From assembly GCA_964624795.1 (NCBI GenBank), contig CAZUZS010000016.1, positions 6,855 through 70,854 of the forward strand: a stretch of 64,000 nt of DNA, written 5' to 3'. The DNA is from an uncultured Calditrichaceae bacterium. Its GTDB lineage: Bacteria; Calditrichota; Calditrichia; RBG-13-44-9. The position numbers were made by a program, and so were the translations under genes. The notes below the pieces were generated by a model, which saw only the letters and a list, made by a program, of their open reading frames with translations, ran no database searches and was not told where the DNA came from. This document shows positions 29,569-39,373 of the stretch, one piece after another. How positions within the stretch are numbered: position 1 is the stretch's first letter; each line of letters opens with the position of its first letter.

Positions 29569-29857
29569 AACCTGAGTGACATGAATTGAGAAATATTATT
29601 TTATTAAATAAAAGTAATTTATAGAATCTTAAAAAGTAACCATCATTATAATAACAATGTGAACTACTATAAATAAGCTTAAGAAGTCAGCAATAAAAGA
29701 GGTGTCAATGTGAATTTTATATGAAAATGACAAGATGCATCTTTGAGGGATGGTAGTATTTGGAGACATACACCAAGAAAGCATTCATATAAACTCACAT
29801 TTTGTTCACAACGAATCGCAGACACTTCAACAAAAGTTCAAATCAATAATAACAAAT

Positions 29858-30679
29858 TTAAACATTGACATTAAAATCTCTCAGGACCTGGTTTAGGGTC
29901 ACTTTTTTTTCTGTTGATTCCTTCCTTTTCCCAATAATCAATGCACATTGCACCTGATATTCACCTGCGGGGAATCTTTTTGTGTAGGTACCAGGAATAA
30001 CCACCGATCTTTCGGGAACGGTACCTTTATATTCTATCGTTTCAGGTCCCGAAACATCCAGGATACGGGTTGAGGCGGTTAGAATGACGCCAGCGCCTAA
30101 GACCGCTTCTTTACGAACCCAAACACCCTCCATGACGGATACTGCCGAGCCCACAAACACATCATCTTCAACTATAACCGGCCGACCCTGCGGCGGCTCT
30201 AACACGCCACCAATACGGGCAGCTCCCGCCAAATGAACGCGTTTGCCCACCTGTGCGCAGGAACCAACCGTTGCATGGGTGTCTATCATCGTTCCACTGT
30301 CGACATAAGCCCCGATATTGACATAACCGGGCATAAGCACCACCCCCGGCGCCATGAAAGAACCGTATCGTGCGGTCCCGGGAGGCACAACCCTAACCTG
30401 CTGTTCATCAAAGCCCTTTTTCAGTGGTATTTTGTCATAATACTCAAACGGGCCGATTTCAATCCTCGAAAAACCCTGAAAGCGGAAATAGAGAAGAATT
30501 GCCTTTTTTATCCACTCGTTTACAATCCAGGCATTTTCCCTTTTTTCCGCGACACGGACCTTACCGCGGTCCAGCAAGTCTATGGTCGTTTTAACTGCTT
30601 CTACTATTGCTTCATCTTTAATGAAATTTTCCGGGTAACCTTTATTCACGAGCTCAGCAATTTTTTCAATGTTCACCAT
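29858..30679 (-). CDS. dapD: Tetrahydrodipicolinate N-succinyltransferase
   Basis: WIKKAILLYFR, YYDKIPLK, RVVP, VNIGAYVDSGTMID and GGVLEP motifs with hexapeptide repeats. Confidence 0.93.
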   Translation of the reverse strand: MVNIEKIAELVNKGYPENFIKDEAIVEAVKTTIDLLDRGKVRVAEKRENAWIVNEWIKKAILLYFRFQGFSRIEIGPFEYYDKIPLKKGFDEQQVRVVPPGTARYGSFMAPGVVLMPGYVNIGAYVDSGTMIDTHATVGSCAQVGKRVHLAGAARIGGVLEPPQGRPVIVEDDVFVGSAVSVMEGVWVRKEAVLGAGVILTASTRILDVSGPETIEYKGTVPERSVVIPGTYTKRFPAGEYQVQCALIIGKRKESTEKKVTLNQVLRDFNVNV

Positions 30680-30845
30680 ATTCCCCTTTTTTAAGAAATA
30701 TATCGAAAAGAACAGGCGGAAGGAAGTTTTGGAAAGAAAATTTTTTAGGTGTCGTGGGGCAAGGCACCGAGATGGCTAATGCGTTTACCCCGCACGTGAG
30801 ATTCGGTTGACGATTTATAAAAGAAAAGTTGAAAATTCTTGGAAT

Positions 30846-30923
30846 TGGTGGGCGCTACTGGATTCGAACCAGTGACCTCCGCCTTGTAAGGGCGGCGCTC
30901 TGAACCAGCTGAGCTAAGCGCCC
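30846..30923 (-). tRNA. tRNA-Val (anticodon TAC)
   Basis: 78-nt cloverleaf: GGGCGCT/AGCGCCC acceptor stem, CCGCC-CTTACAA-GGCGG anticodon arm, TTCGAAT T-loop, encoded CCA. Confidence 0.97.
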
Positions 30924-30928
30924 CGGTA

Positions 30929-31201
30929 TTACTGTTTTTCTGTTTTTTCCCGGTAGAAAAGACCGATTGGAATGATGATCAAATAAGAAAACACCAGCAG
31001 AATCGGCGACAGGGTTCGGGTCATGAAAGCATCCGGATTATCCGGAATTGCCATTAATATGTATCCCACAATCAAGACGACAACGCCTAAGAGTATTATC
31101 AAGAAATTTGTTCGCGTAAGCGGAAAATGAAAGCGGGATTCCGGCTCGCCCTTCTTCGCCTTCTGTTTTTCTTTTTCCTTAATCTTTGCCATAATGAACA
31201 T
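30929..31201 (-). CDS. DUF3098-like small membrane protein
   Basis: FPLTRTNF..ILLGVVVLIVGYILM...TLSPILLVFSY pattern with two TM helices; the true start may be MAKIKE. Confidence 0.7.
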   Translation of the reverse strand: MFIMAKIKEKEKQKAKKGEPESRFHFPLTRTNFLIILLGVVVLIVGYILMAIPDNPDAFMTRTLSPILLVFSYLIIIPIGLFYREKTEKQ

Positions 31202-31337
31202 AAACCTGTTTTAATGAACGAAAAATTTAACCGAAAGCGATGTGTAATGCAAGAAAATTTAGAAAAGAAAACAGCTCCCTGCAGAGTATGAAATTGTCTA
31301 CTAACCGAGCTTTCCAAGACACGTTACTTTTATATCG

Positions 31338-31850
31338 TTATTTGATTTGATTCAACAGTTTTTCAGCAATCAGTGGAATTCGTTCTTCATTCTCTTCTCC
31401 TGCCAGTGCCCTTGAGAGCGCTTCGATATCATCTCTGTTTCGGCCTTCCTTAAAATAATGCAGCACGTGGTGGGCACCATCCCGCAACAACTTCGAAGTG
31501 GATTGATTGACCAGCGCTTCCAATAATGGTTTCAGGGAATCCGATCCCAGCCGGATGAGACCTTCCGCAGCAATCCAGCGAACGTCCGCATCATCGTCCT
31601 CCAGGGCATTCAGAAAAAGCGGGACTGAAATCGGATCTGCAATTTGCTCCATTGCCTTTATCGCTTCCCAGCGCAGGACATTTTTTGGGGATTCCATTAG
31701 CTCGGCCAGGTAATCTATCGCCGGCCGGCCCATTCCGACAAATTTGCGGCGGGCTTCCTGGCGGACCAGCCCATCGCCGTTTCCCATTTCTTCGACCAGA
31801 GATTTTATGGACTCCGATGCATTTTCAATTTTCGAATTATTTTGTTTCAT
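31338..31850 (-). CDS. HEAT/PBS-lyase repeat protein
   Basis: Repeated VR..A..AL helical units (VRQEARR, LRWEAIKAM, DVRWIAAEGL). Start at MKQNN behind GGGAG (track start 31892). Confidence 0.8.
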   Translation of the reverse strand: MKQNNSKIENASESIKSLVEEMGNGDGLVRQEARRKFVGMGRPAIDYLAELMESPKNVLRWEAIKAMEQIADPISVPLFLNALEDDDADVRWIAAEGLIRLGSDSLKPLLEALVNQSTSKLLRDGAHHVLHYFKEGRNRDDIEALSRALAGEENEERIPLIAEKLLNQIK

Positions 31851-31885
31851 CAGCAACTCCCATTTTTTCCTTTTGTTTATTCCGC

Positions 31886-33193
31886 TTACCACAACTGTGT
31901 TCCGGTTGCCTGTTCGAGCCGGTATTGGCTTGTCACGTAATCGTATTTGGCCCGGAGAAAAACTTGGTTTGCCTGTGCATTAGACGTTTCCGCATCCAAC
32001 AGGTCAAGATTGGTGATCACACCGGCCTGGTAGCGAACCTTGGCCATGGAGAGCGCCTGCTCTGCCTGCCGGACCTGCAGCTCGGCATTCTTCAGTTTTT
32101 CATTACTGGTCCGTACTTCCGAAAAAGCCTGTTTCACCTGGGAAACAACGAGATTGGTCATGTCGTCCTGATGGTGGATTGCGGCGCGAACTCTCGCGTG
32201 TGATTCTTCCTTTCGATAGCGGGTGCGGAATCCCTCAAAAACAGGCACCTGCAGGCGCATCCCGGCAACCCAGTTCGCCTTAAGGGCATTTAAATTCGGG
32301 AAGTAACCATTCTTGAAACCGTAACTCAGGCTCATGTTGATCATTGGCATCTTTCCCATGGAGGCCAATTTGTATTGAATGCGGGCGGCAGATTCAGAAT
32401 CCTTCGACAGTAGGATTTCAGGACGCTGATTAAGAGCCAGCGAAATTAACGGACCGACACTATCCGGCGGTGGATTAATCGTAAATTCGCCTTTCAGGCG
32501 GAGCGGCGCATCATCTGAGACCGCCAGTAATTGGCGAAGACGGATATTCTGTTTTTTCAACATATCAACAATATCCAATTTTGCGCTCTGTGCGGATGCC
32601 ACTCTTACCCGGGTTGTCAAAACATCAAATTCGGTAGCCGATCCGGTCTGAACCCTTTTCTCGGCAATTTTTTGGTGCTGTTCCAAGTCGAATATCTGGT
32701 TTTCAACGACTGCGATATTTTCTTGCAGCAACAGAATTGTATAAAATGTCTGGATCGTCTGGTAGGCAAGGCTCGATTTTACAGCATCCAAATTGTCCCG
32801 GCTGAGTTTCACTCCCGATTTTGCCAATTCAACACCTGCGGATCTTCTGCCAAAATCATAAACATTTTGCTGTAATCCCAGACTTATGTCATAATTGTTT
32901 TCCGGAAAAAGCGAAAAGGAACCCAGGCCGGGGACGGTTAATTCCTGTACCGGACCTATCCGGGAATACGAGGCTGATCCGTTCATGTCCGGGAAATAAG
33001 AACTGCGGCTTTGTTTAACGCCGGCTTCGGTAGCATTAATATCATCAGCCGCTTTCATTATCGCCGGATTGTTTCGGATTGCGATGCGAACGGCTTCTTG
33101 TACGGAAAGAGAGTCCTGAACCGGCGTTTGGGCAATTGCTGCTCCGGCAGTTAGCAAAATGAAGAATGGTGTGTAGATCTGGCGGAATTTCAT
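31886..33193 (-). CDS. TolC-family outer membrane efflux protein
   Basis: Signal peptide, two OEP repeats, ends with YRLEQATG; downstream of EmrAB-like genes. Confidence 0.9.
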   Translation of the reverse strand: MKFRQIYTPFFILLTAGAAIAQTPVQDSLSVQEAVRIAIRNNPAIMKAADDINATEAGVKQSRSSYFPDMNGSASYSRIGPVQELTVPGLGSFSLFPENNYDISLGLQQNVYDFGRRSAGVELAKSGVKLSRDNLDAVKSSLAYQTIQTFYTILLLQENIAVVENQIFDLEQHQKIAEKRVQTGSATEFDVLTTRVRVASAQSAKLDIVDMLKKQNIRLRQLLAVSDDAPLRLKGEFTINPPPDSVGPLISLALNQRPEILLSKDSESAARIQYKLASMGKMPMINMSLSYGFKNGYFPNLNALKANWVAGMRLQVPVFEGFRTRYRKEESHARVRAAIHHQDDMTNLVVSQVKQAFSEVRTSNEKLKNAELQVRQAEQALSMAKVRYQAGVITNLDLLDAETSNAQANQVFLRAKYDYVTSQYRLEQATGTQLW

Positions 33194-33214
33194 AAGAACC
33201 TCTTGTTACAGTAT

Positions 33215-34834
33215 TTATTCAACAGAAAATGAGCCCGAACTACGCGACTTTTTCCGGCCGTGCAGGAAAAATACCGGTATCAGGCTGGCAAGCAAAATGA
33301 ATCCCGCGATCAGGAAAACGTCGTCCACGGCGGAAATAAATGCCTGCTGCTGAATGAAAGATCCCAGCAGAACCTGTGCACGACTTGCGGCCTCGGAAAT
33401 GGTTCCGCCCACGGCATGTTGTGCAAAATGCCGGAGGCCCATAATTGTCGTTTTAAAGGCTTCGGAATATTGATTTACCTGCTCTCCGTAAATGGTCGCA
33501 TGGTAAATTGTCCTTTGCGTGAGTATGGTTCCAAAAATCGCGACCCCAAAACTCCCGCCAATTTGGCGGATTACATTTATCAGCCCGGAAGCTTGCGCCA
33601 TTTTCTGGTTCGATATATCTGCAATTGAAATAGTGGTCAACGGCGAAAATATGAGCCCCATTGCCACGCCTCGAATATATAGCGGCAACATAACCTGGGA
33701 TTTTTCGGAAAACAGCGAAAGAAAACTGAACTGGTAGAATGTAAGTGCCAGTAATCCGAGTCCGATAATTGGGGGAATTTTTGCGCTGACTTTGTCCGAG
33801 AAAATGCCGGCAAGCGGGGAAGTAATACCCAGGATTATTCCCACCGGCAGGAAAACCTGGCCGGCCTGCAACGGCGTGTAGCCCAACGAGTTTTGTAAAT
33901 AGATGGGCAGCAGGAAATTGCTGCCGAACATCCCTAATCCGAAAATAAATAGAACCAGGTTGCTCATTGTAAAATTAAAGTTCTTAAAGAGCTGCAATTC
34001 AATCAGCGGGTGTTTGACGGAAAATTCTGCAATGAAAAAAATAGTAAACCCAACCAACGAAACAGCAAATGAAACCAGTATGAAACTTGATGTCCAGCCA
34101 CCGGTATTCCAGTCGGAATTTCCGTTTGATAAAGCAAGCAGCAGCGCGGTAAGTCCGGCAGCCAGGGAAAGAAAACCAATTATGTCAAATGAGCGCGTGT
34201 CTTCGGATTTGTATTCGCGCAAAATAATAAAGGATGCTATTATTCCGAAAATACCCACCGGGACATTAACGTCAAAAATGGTGTGCCATGAAAAATGGTC
34301 AATGAGATAGCCGCCAATTGTCGGACCCAATGAAACGGATGCCGAGGCCGAAACCGCCCAGAACCCCAGCGCAATCCCCCTCTTTTCGGGAGGAAATTCG
34401 CGGGTAATAATGGCCATGCCCACCGGCATCAACAAGCCGGCTCCGGCGCCCTGAATTACCCGGAAAGCGATGAGAATGTTGAAACTCCACGAGAGGCTGC
34501 ACAAAAAAGAGCCGGCCGTAAACAGGAATAGGGAAGTAAGAAAGATTTTCTTATACCCAATATGGTCTGCGAACCAGCCGGACGAAGGCAGCATTACACC
34601 GAAAATCAGGAGGTACGCGGTCAGAACCCACTCTACGGTGTAAACCGGCACGCCGAAGGCGGCCATAAGTTTGGGCAGTGCCACATTGACAATTGTGGCA
34701 TCCAGCACAGCCATGAAGGTACCTATCATAACCGAAGAAAGAACGAGCCAGCGGTAAACATCAGATTTGGGATTCAACAGAGGAATCTGGGCGGCAAGAC
34801 GTTCATGAAAGTTTGTTAACCGGCTGCCTGCCAT
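33215..34834 (-). CDS. DHA2 family MFS efflux pump (EmrB/QacA-like)
   Basis: FMAVLDATIVNVALP, RVIQGAGAG, LGPTIGG and RQIGGSFG motifs; 14-TM pattern. Confidence 0.92.
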   Translation of the reverse strand: MAGSRLTNFHERLAAQIPLLNPKSDVYRWLVLSSVMIGTFMAVLDATIVNVALPKLMAAFGVPVYTVEWVLTAYLLIFGVMLPSSGWFADHIGYKKIFLTSLFLFTAGSFLCSLSWSFNILIAFRVIQGAGAGLLMPVGMAIITREFPPEKRGIALGFWAVSASASVSLGPTIGGYLIDHFSWHTIFDVNVPVGIFGIIASFIILREYKSEDTRSFDIIGFLSLAAGLTALLLALSNGNSDWNTGGWTSSFILVSFAVSLVGFTIFFIAEFSVKHPLIELQLFKNFNFTMSNLVLFIFGLGMFGSNFLLPIYLQNSLGYTPLQAGQVFLPVGIILGITSPLAGIFSDKVSAKIPPIIGLGLLALTFYQFSFLSLFSEKSQVMLPLYIRGVAMGLIFSPLTTISIADISNQKMAQASGLINVIRQIGGSFGVAIFGTILTQRTIYHATIYGEQVNQYSEAFKTTIMGLRHFAQHAVGGTISEAASRAQVLLGSFIQQQAFISAVDDVFLIAGFILLASLIPVFFLHGRKKSRSSGSFSVE

Positions 34835-34835
34835 C

Positions 34836-35861
34836 TTATTCACCTGCGACCCGGACTTTGACAGTTACCGACATTCCCGGAAGAAGCGAGGACGGGGAAT
34901 CCGATGAACCTGAATTTACCTGTTTTATTGAAATTTTGAATGGTACCCGCTGGGCAACTTTTGTAAAATTTCCCGAAGCGTTATTCGGCGGTATCAACGA
35001 AAATTGTGAAGCAGCCGCGGCGCCAATCTGGTATACATGCCCCTCAAATTTTTGGGCGGAATATGCATCTACCGAGATTTGAACAGGATCGTTTAGGCGA
35101 ATTGAAGAAATTTTTGTCTCATCAAAATTGGCCTCCACCCAGATATTTTTGGTATCATAGACAGTAAATATCGGCTGTGCCGGTTGAACAACATCTCCGG
35201 CCATCACCCACCGCTTTGCGATTATTCCTGAAAACGGTGCTGTTATGTGGGCATTGGCCAAATTGGTTTCGACAATTATGATTTGCGATTTGGCTGTCTT
35301 TATCTGAGCCAGGGCCACGTTGTACTGCGCCCGGGCACGATCCAGCGCTTGCCTGGCATGATCGTACTGTTCCTGCGGAATTATTTTGCTTTTATATTGT
35401 ACCTCCGCACGATTGAAATCCTCTTGTGCCAGGCTCAGGTTCACCTGCATCAGGGTAGAATTTTCCTGGGCGTATTTCAAATTTGATGCTGCCTGCATCC
35501 TTTGCGCATGCAAGTCGCTGGTATCCAATTGGGCCAGAAACTGGTCCTTTCTGACCGTATCACCTTCATCCACAGTCAGCTCGGTTATGCGGCCCAACAT
35601 TTTTGAGCTTATTGCCACCCGGTTCCCCGCAATATACGCGTCATCTGTGGAGACATATCCCCTCAGGTAGGTGTCCCAGTACCAGAAAACCGCCAGACCG
35701 GCAATAATTAAAAGAGCGATCGGAATCAGTACTTTTTTCTGGAAATACCATGCCTTGCGGCGGGGCTCCATTTTGCTATTCTCTGCTTCCTGGGTGGAAA
35801 CGCCGGCGCCTTGTGCGTCCGGTCGGGATGGAGTATTTGATGATTGTCTTTCATTTTCCAT
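34836..35861 (-). CDS. HlyD/EmrA-family membrane fusion protein
   Basis: STDDAY, ITAPFSG, WVEANFDET and PPNNASGNFTKVAQR motifs. Confidence 0.92.
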   Translation of the reverse strand: MENERQSSNTPSRPDAQGAGVSTQEAENSKMEPRRKAWYFQKKVLIPIALLIIAGLAVFWYWDTYLRGYVSTDDAYIAGNRVAISSKMLGRITELTVDEGDTVRKDQFLAQLDTSDLHAQRMQAASNLKYAQENSTLMQVNLSLAQEDFNRAEVQYKSKIIPQEQYDHARQALDRARAQYNVALAQIKTAKSQIIIVETNLANAHITAPFSGIIAKRWVMAGDVVQPAQPIFTVYDTKNIWVEANFDETKISSIRLNDPVQISVDAYSAQKFEGHVYQIGAAAASQFSLIPPNNASGNFTKVAQRVPFKISIKQVNSGSSDSPSSLLPGMSVTVKVRVAGE

Positions 35862-36079
35862 TTATCGCTTTTCCTTTGAGTCGTTTAATCCATCTTTTAA
35901 ATCAGGCACCGTTTTAGGAAAACATTAATCGGGGCTTTAGACAGCTATTGGAAATTGATCCCCAGCGACCATATCAGGTTTTCTATGGCGGAATAATATG
36001 GCAGGGGAATCATAAAGTAAACATGCCGATTTTCTGAAAAGAATTTTCATTGAATTTTCGCATTGCGTGATAATCGGAT

Positions 36080-36754
36080 TCAGTTTGTGCTAATTGTAAG
36101 AACCTCGCCGTTCCCCGCATCCACAATTACCTCATAACTCGTGTTTTCATAGAAATCTGAAATATCGTACACCAAATACCCATGCATATTTTTGAGCGCT
36201 ATTTGGCGGATTTGTCCTCCTACAATTTTACCGGCTGCAGTTTCCGCCTGGTGTTGGTCGATAACAGGCCTGCCTTTGCTCTGGGTAGTAGCATCTACGG
36301 GGAGCGAGCCGATCCAGCCGTGTTCATCCCCAATTTCCACATGTGACGTATATGCGATATCTTTCCTGTTATACTGATACTCTTCAAGCGTCTCTTCTCT
36401 TTGAATCCCCGGTGCGGCAGGTCCCGCAAGTCCGCTTAATTGCGGTCTCCTTCCAACTCCCTGCACGGAAATAATAGTGCCGTCCAGGGCATTTACCATG
36501 ACCTCCATCTGCCGGCCACCAGGTGTTTCTATGAAAAAGGAGTACGCCAAAAGGCCATTCTCCAACTCCAGCCTGCCGTTTAGTACTTTACCCTGAGTTT
36601 GTTTTAGCGCCAAGGTCTGGGCATCGGCTAGATTAATTTTAGCGAGCTTCTCGAAGGGAGACAGCACGGCTTTTGGTTTCTCTTTATTACAGCCATTCAA
36701 TATTGGGAATGAGAAAGCTATGATAAAAATTACGATAAGTGGCAGCGGTTTCAT
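36080..36754 (-). CDS. Lipoprotein with two PepSY-like domains
   Basis: Lipobox LNGC; INLADAQTLAL...EVMVNALDGTII and IDQHQAETAA...EVIVDAGNGEVL units. Confidence 0.75.
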   Translation of the reverse strand: MKPLPLIVIFIIAFSFPILNGCNKEKPKAVLSPFEKLAKINLADAQTLALKQTQGKVLNGRLELENGLLAYSFFIETPGGRQMEVMVNALDGTIISVQGVGRRPQLSGLAGPAAPGIQREETLEEYQYNRKDIAYTSHVEIGDEHGWIGSLPVDATTQSKGRPVIDQHQAETAAGKIVGGQIRQIALKNMHGYLVYDISDFYENTSYEVIVDAGNGEVLTISTN

Positions 36755-36812
36755 TTTTAACTCCGTTAGGGAAATTATGTAATTACACAGTAATTGATTT
36801 TCCTTTTTGAAT

Positions 36813-37475
36813 TCATTTCGAAAAAAGCCCTTCCAGTTCGTCCACTAAATCCAGAATCCGGTTCCCTTCTTCTGCAATCCGTGCGGGCGCCGGATGTTTT
36901 GCCAGAATAGCCATAGTGTCATCTACTTTTAACGACACAGGGGTGCCACCATGCTCGTCAACTACCGGTTTTATTTTCGTCCAGGCATCCTGCAATTGGT
37001 TTATTCTGGTATTTAGCAGTCCGTAATTTTTGGGCAGCTTGCTTAGCAAAACTATCTCGCGCCCATAATAATCCATGAGGGAAATTTCAATCGGGGCAGA
37101 GCGTGCGTAATGAACTTCCAATTCCATCAAAATAGCGGTAACCTGATTTGCGGTTAATGCCGCAAGAAGCGGTTCGGCCTTCTGATTGGTGAGCTCGTTT
37201 AAGCGAAAAATGAAATATTCGAATTCATTCAGCGAAAATTGGGGCATCTGATCCTTTACAAATACTCCTTTTGTATCATTTTCCGCCTGGTTTATTTTAC
37301 CCAGCAGCATGGATGCCCCCACCCAATTGTTTTGCACGTACAGATCAATAATATCCTCGCAGCTTTCGGCAATTGTGTGCACCGAAGCTGGCAGCGTGGC
37401 CTGGCTATCTTGCGCCGATAAACCGGCAAAGAATATTGGAATAAAAAATATAATTAACCCAAAATATTTGTTCAT
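36813..37475 (-). CDS. Hypothetical secreted, probably alpha-helical protein
   Basis: Signal peptide MNKYFGLIIFFIPIFFAGLSAQ behind GAGG; about 220 aa; no motif recognised. Confidence 0.7.
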   Translation of the reverse strand: MNKYFGLIIFFIPIFFAGLSAQDSQATLPASVHTIAESCEDIIDLYVQNNWVGASMLLGKINQAENDTKGVFVKDQMPQFSLNEFEYFIFRLNELTNQKAEPLLAALTANQVTAILMELEVHYARSAPIEISLMDYYGREIVLLSKLPKNYGLLNTRINQLQDAWTKIKPVVDEHGGTPVSLKVDDTMAILAKHPAPARIAEEGNRILDLVDELEGLFSK

Positions 37476-37745
37476 CGTTTCCTCAGTTTTGCTTAAACAA
37501 TAAAATATATCAAAATGAAGGGATAATGAAGGCTGACAAGCGGAAAAGCCTGTTTCAAAAATGTTTGTTGAAAAGATGATTCCCATAGAGATAGCGGGCC
37601 AGGATACCAGCCCCGGAGGATGGTAGCGGAATATCTATGTTGGCCACAGCCAGTGGAGAGAATTGAATAAATTTGTTCATGAAGCCGCACATCCGACTTC
37701 AATGAGGCCGGCGTGTTAGTCCCCGCACAGGTATAAAACCCAAAA

Positions 37746-37768
37746 GCCGGCCCTCAATTCGGGCCGGC
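37746..37768 (-). terminator. Intrinsic terminator downstream of the radical SAM pair
   Basis: GCCGGCCC-GAATTGA-GGGCCGGC followed by TTTTGGGTTTT on the minus strand. Confidence 0.7.
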
Positions 37769-37902
37769 CAGAGCGATGTTCTACATATCGAAAATTTTAT
37801 AGAAAGGCTTTCCTGCCAAACATCGTGAAGCGAAATGATAGACGCCCTCAAGTCCTGATAGTATGAGTATCCCGTTGTTCAACGGGCCGTTTTTTCAGCG
37901 GA

Positions 37903-39354
37903 CTAGTGCTTAACACGATGCGCAAAGCCATCATTCCACATGGGATCCAGAAGCTTGCCGATTTTGTTATCGTAGTCGGTTAATTTTTCAAAATACTCCG
38001 GATCTTCAATTGCCCGAGCCGCATCTGGGTCCATGGGTTTGGCCTCGAAACGCTTGATAGTCTTGTGAGCAAATTTATAATGGTCGCGGATGGGGCACGG
38101 TCGGAACAGATTTTTCACATCATGCCCATTTTTTCTATTAGTATAAGCATCTTGCCAGGAGCGTATGGATTTAAAATATTTTGATTTAATCACGGAAGTG
38201 AGGTTGTCGCCACTTTCATAAAGATCATAAATATTTGCGATATGGTAAGGAAAAAATACGCATGGCGCCACATTGCCATTCCAGTCAATGTAAAAGTAAC
38301 CGCCGGAGCGCGCTGCTCCAATGCAGCCGAGCGACATGGGGCCGCCATTCCAGAAATCGATCAGGAATAAATTTTTATTGTATATCATTTCCAATTCCTG
38401 TTCCAGCATCCATCGCCGCTGCTCGGGGGTTACCATCATATCGATGGTAAAGCTCCGGCCAATGGGCATGTATTGGAAAATCCACCCGTATATGGCCCCC
38501 TTCTGGTTGAAATAGTAGTCCATAAAATCCTCGGAGAGGACCGTTTCGGCATTGTCTTTGGTTGCCGTTACCGATATACCAAATGGCACACCTTCGGCCC
38601 GCAGGTTGTCCATTGCTTCCTGGATTTTGCGATAAACGCCCTTGCCGCGCCTGTAATCCGTTTCTTTTTCCCATCCCTCAACTGATATGGCTGGGGTGAG
38701 ATTGCCAACCTCAGCCATTCTTTTGGCCATATCTCTGTCGATTAGCGTTGAGTTGGTGTACATCATAAAATAGTTGTCATTATTGGTTTTCAGGATGTCA
38801 AACAGGTCTTTTCCATCACTGCTGTACATCAAAGGCTCACCGCCGGAAATGACAGTAAAATGGGATCCCCAAATCTGCCGTTTTTCGTCGATAATTTTTT
38901 GAAAAATATTATAGGACAAGGTGTTATCATTTTTTACAGAACTGGCGGCATAGCAACCCTTGCAAGCCAAATTGCATTTCTTGGTGGGGCTTATTGTCAA
39001 GAAAGAAGGCGGGTTGAATCCGAATTCTTCCCGAAAAGGTTGTTGGCGTTCATGTTCGCCCAAAATTACTTTTCCAATAAAATTCTTAATAATGTTCTTT
39101 CTTACCTGCGGAGAAATCCTGCCATCGGCTAGCGCATTGTTCACTGTGTGAAGCAGGTTCGTTAGCGCCCGGTAGCGCATTTCCTGAACTTTTACCGGGA
39201 GATCCTCCTCATTTTCGACGAGGAAAAAATTGTGGAATCCCCGCTCTCCTTTTTTTAATGCCCACTGCCGAAATGCCTGCGACCGCACAGCAATGTCCAA
39301 AACTCCGGTTGACATCGATTGCCACAAGCTGCTGAAATCCAAGGACTGTTTCAT
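37903..39354 (-). CDS. Radical SAM protein with SPASM/twitch-type C-terminus (possibly Mss-like)
   Basis: CNLACKGC, SGGEPL and YTN motifs; DFWN...CIG...YIDWNGNVAPC...RPCPIRD auxiliary-cluster region. Confidence 0.9.
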   Translation of the reverse strand: MKQSLDFSSLWQSMSTGVLDIAVRSQAFRQWALKKGERGFHNFFLVENEEDLPVKVQEMRYRALTNLLHTVNNALADGRISPQVRKNIIKNFIGKVILGEHERQQPFREEFGFNPPSFLTISPTKKCNLACKGCYAASSVKNDNTLSYNIFQKIIDEKRQIWGSHFTVISGGEPLMYSSDGKDLFDILKTNNDNYFMMYTNSTLIDRDMAKRMAEVGNLTPAISVEGWEKETDYRRGKGVYRKIQEAMDNLRAEGVPFGISVTATKDNAETVLSEDFMDYYFNQKGAIYGWIFQYMPIGRSFTIDMMVTPEQRRWMLEQELEMIYNKNLFLIDFWNGGPMSLGCIGAARSGGYFYIDWNGNVAPCVFFPYHIANIYDLYESGDNLTSVIKSKYFKSIRSWQDAYTNRKNGHDVKNLFRPCPIRDHYKFAHKTIKRFEAKPMDPDAARAIEDPEYFEKLTDYDNKIGKLLDPMWNDGFAHRVKH

Positions 39355-39373
39355 TATAACCTCCCAATTTGGT

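Noticed and set aside
29569-29857. Very AT-rich spacer as foreign DNA or a CRISPR leader
   Set aside because: No repeats, array or ORF; it lies between convergent genes.
30740-30800. GC-rich imperfect hairpin between tRNA-Val and dapD as a lysine riboswitch
   Set aside because: Too short and lacks the lysine-riboswitch consensus; more likely a terminator or processing stem.
30846-30923. tRNA-Val as an integration site for a genomic island
   Set aside because: No integrase and no duplicated tRNA 3' end seen in the window; flanked by ordinary genes.
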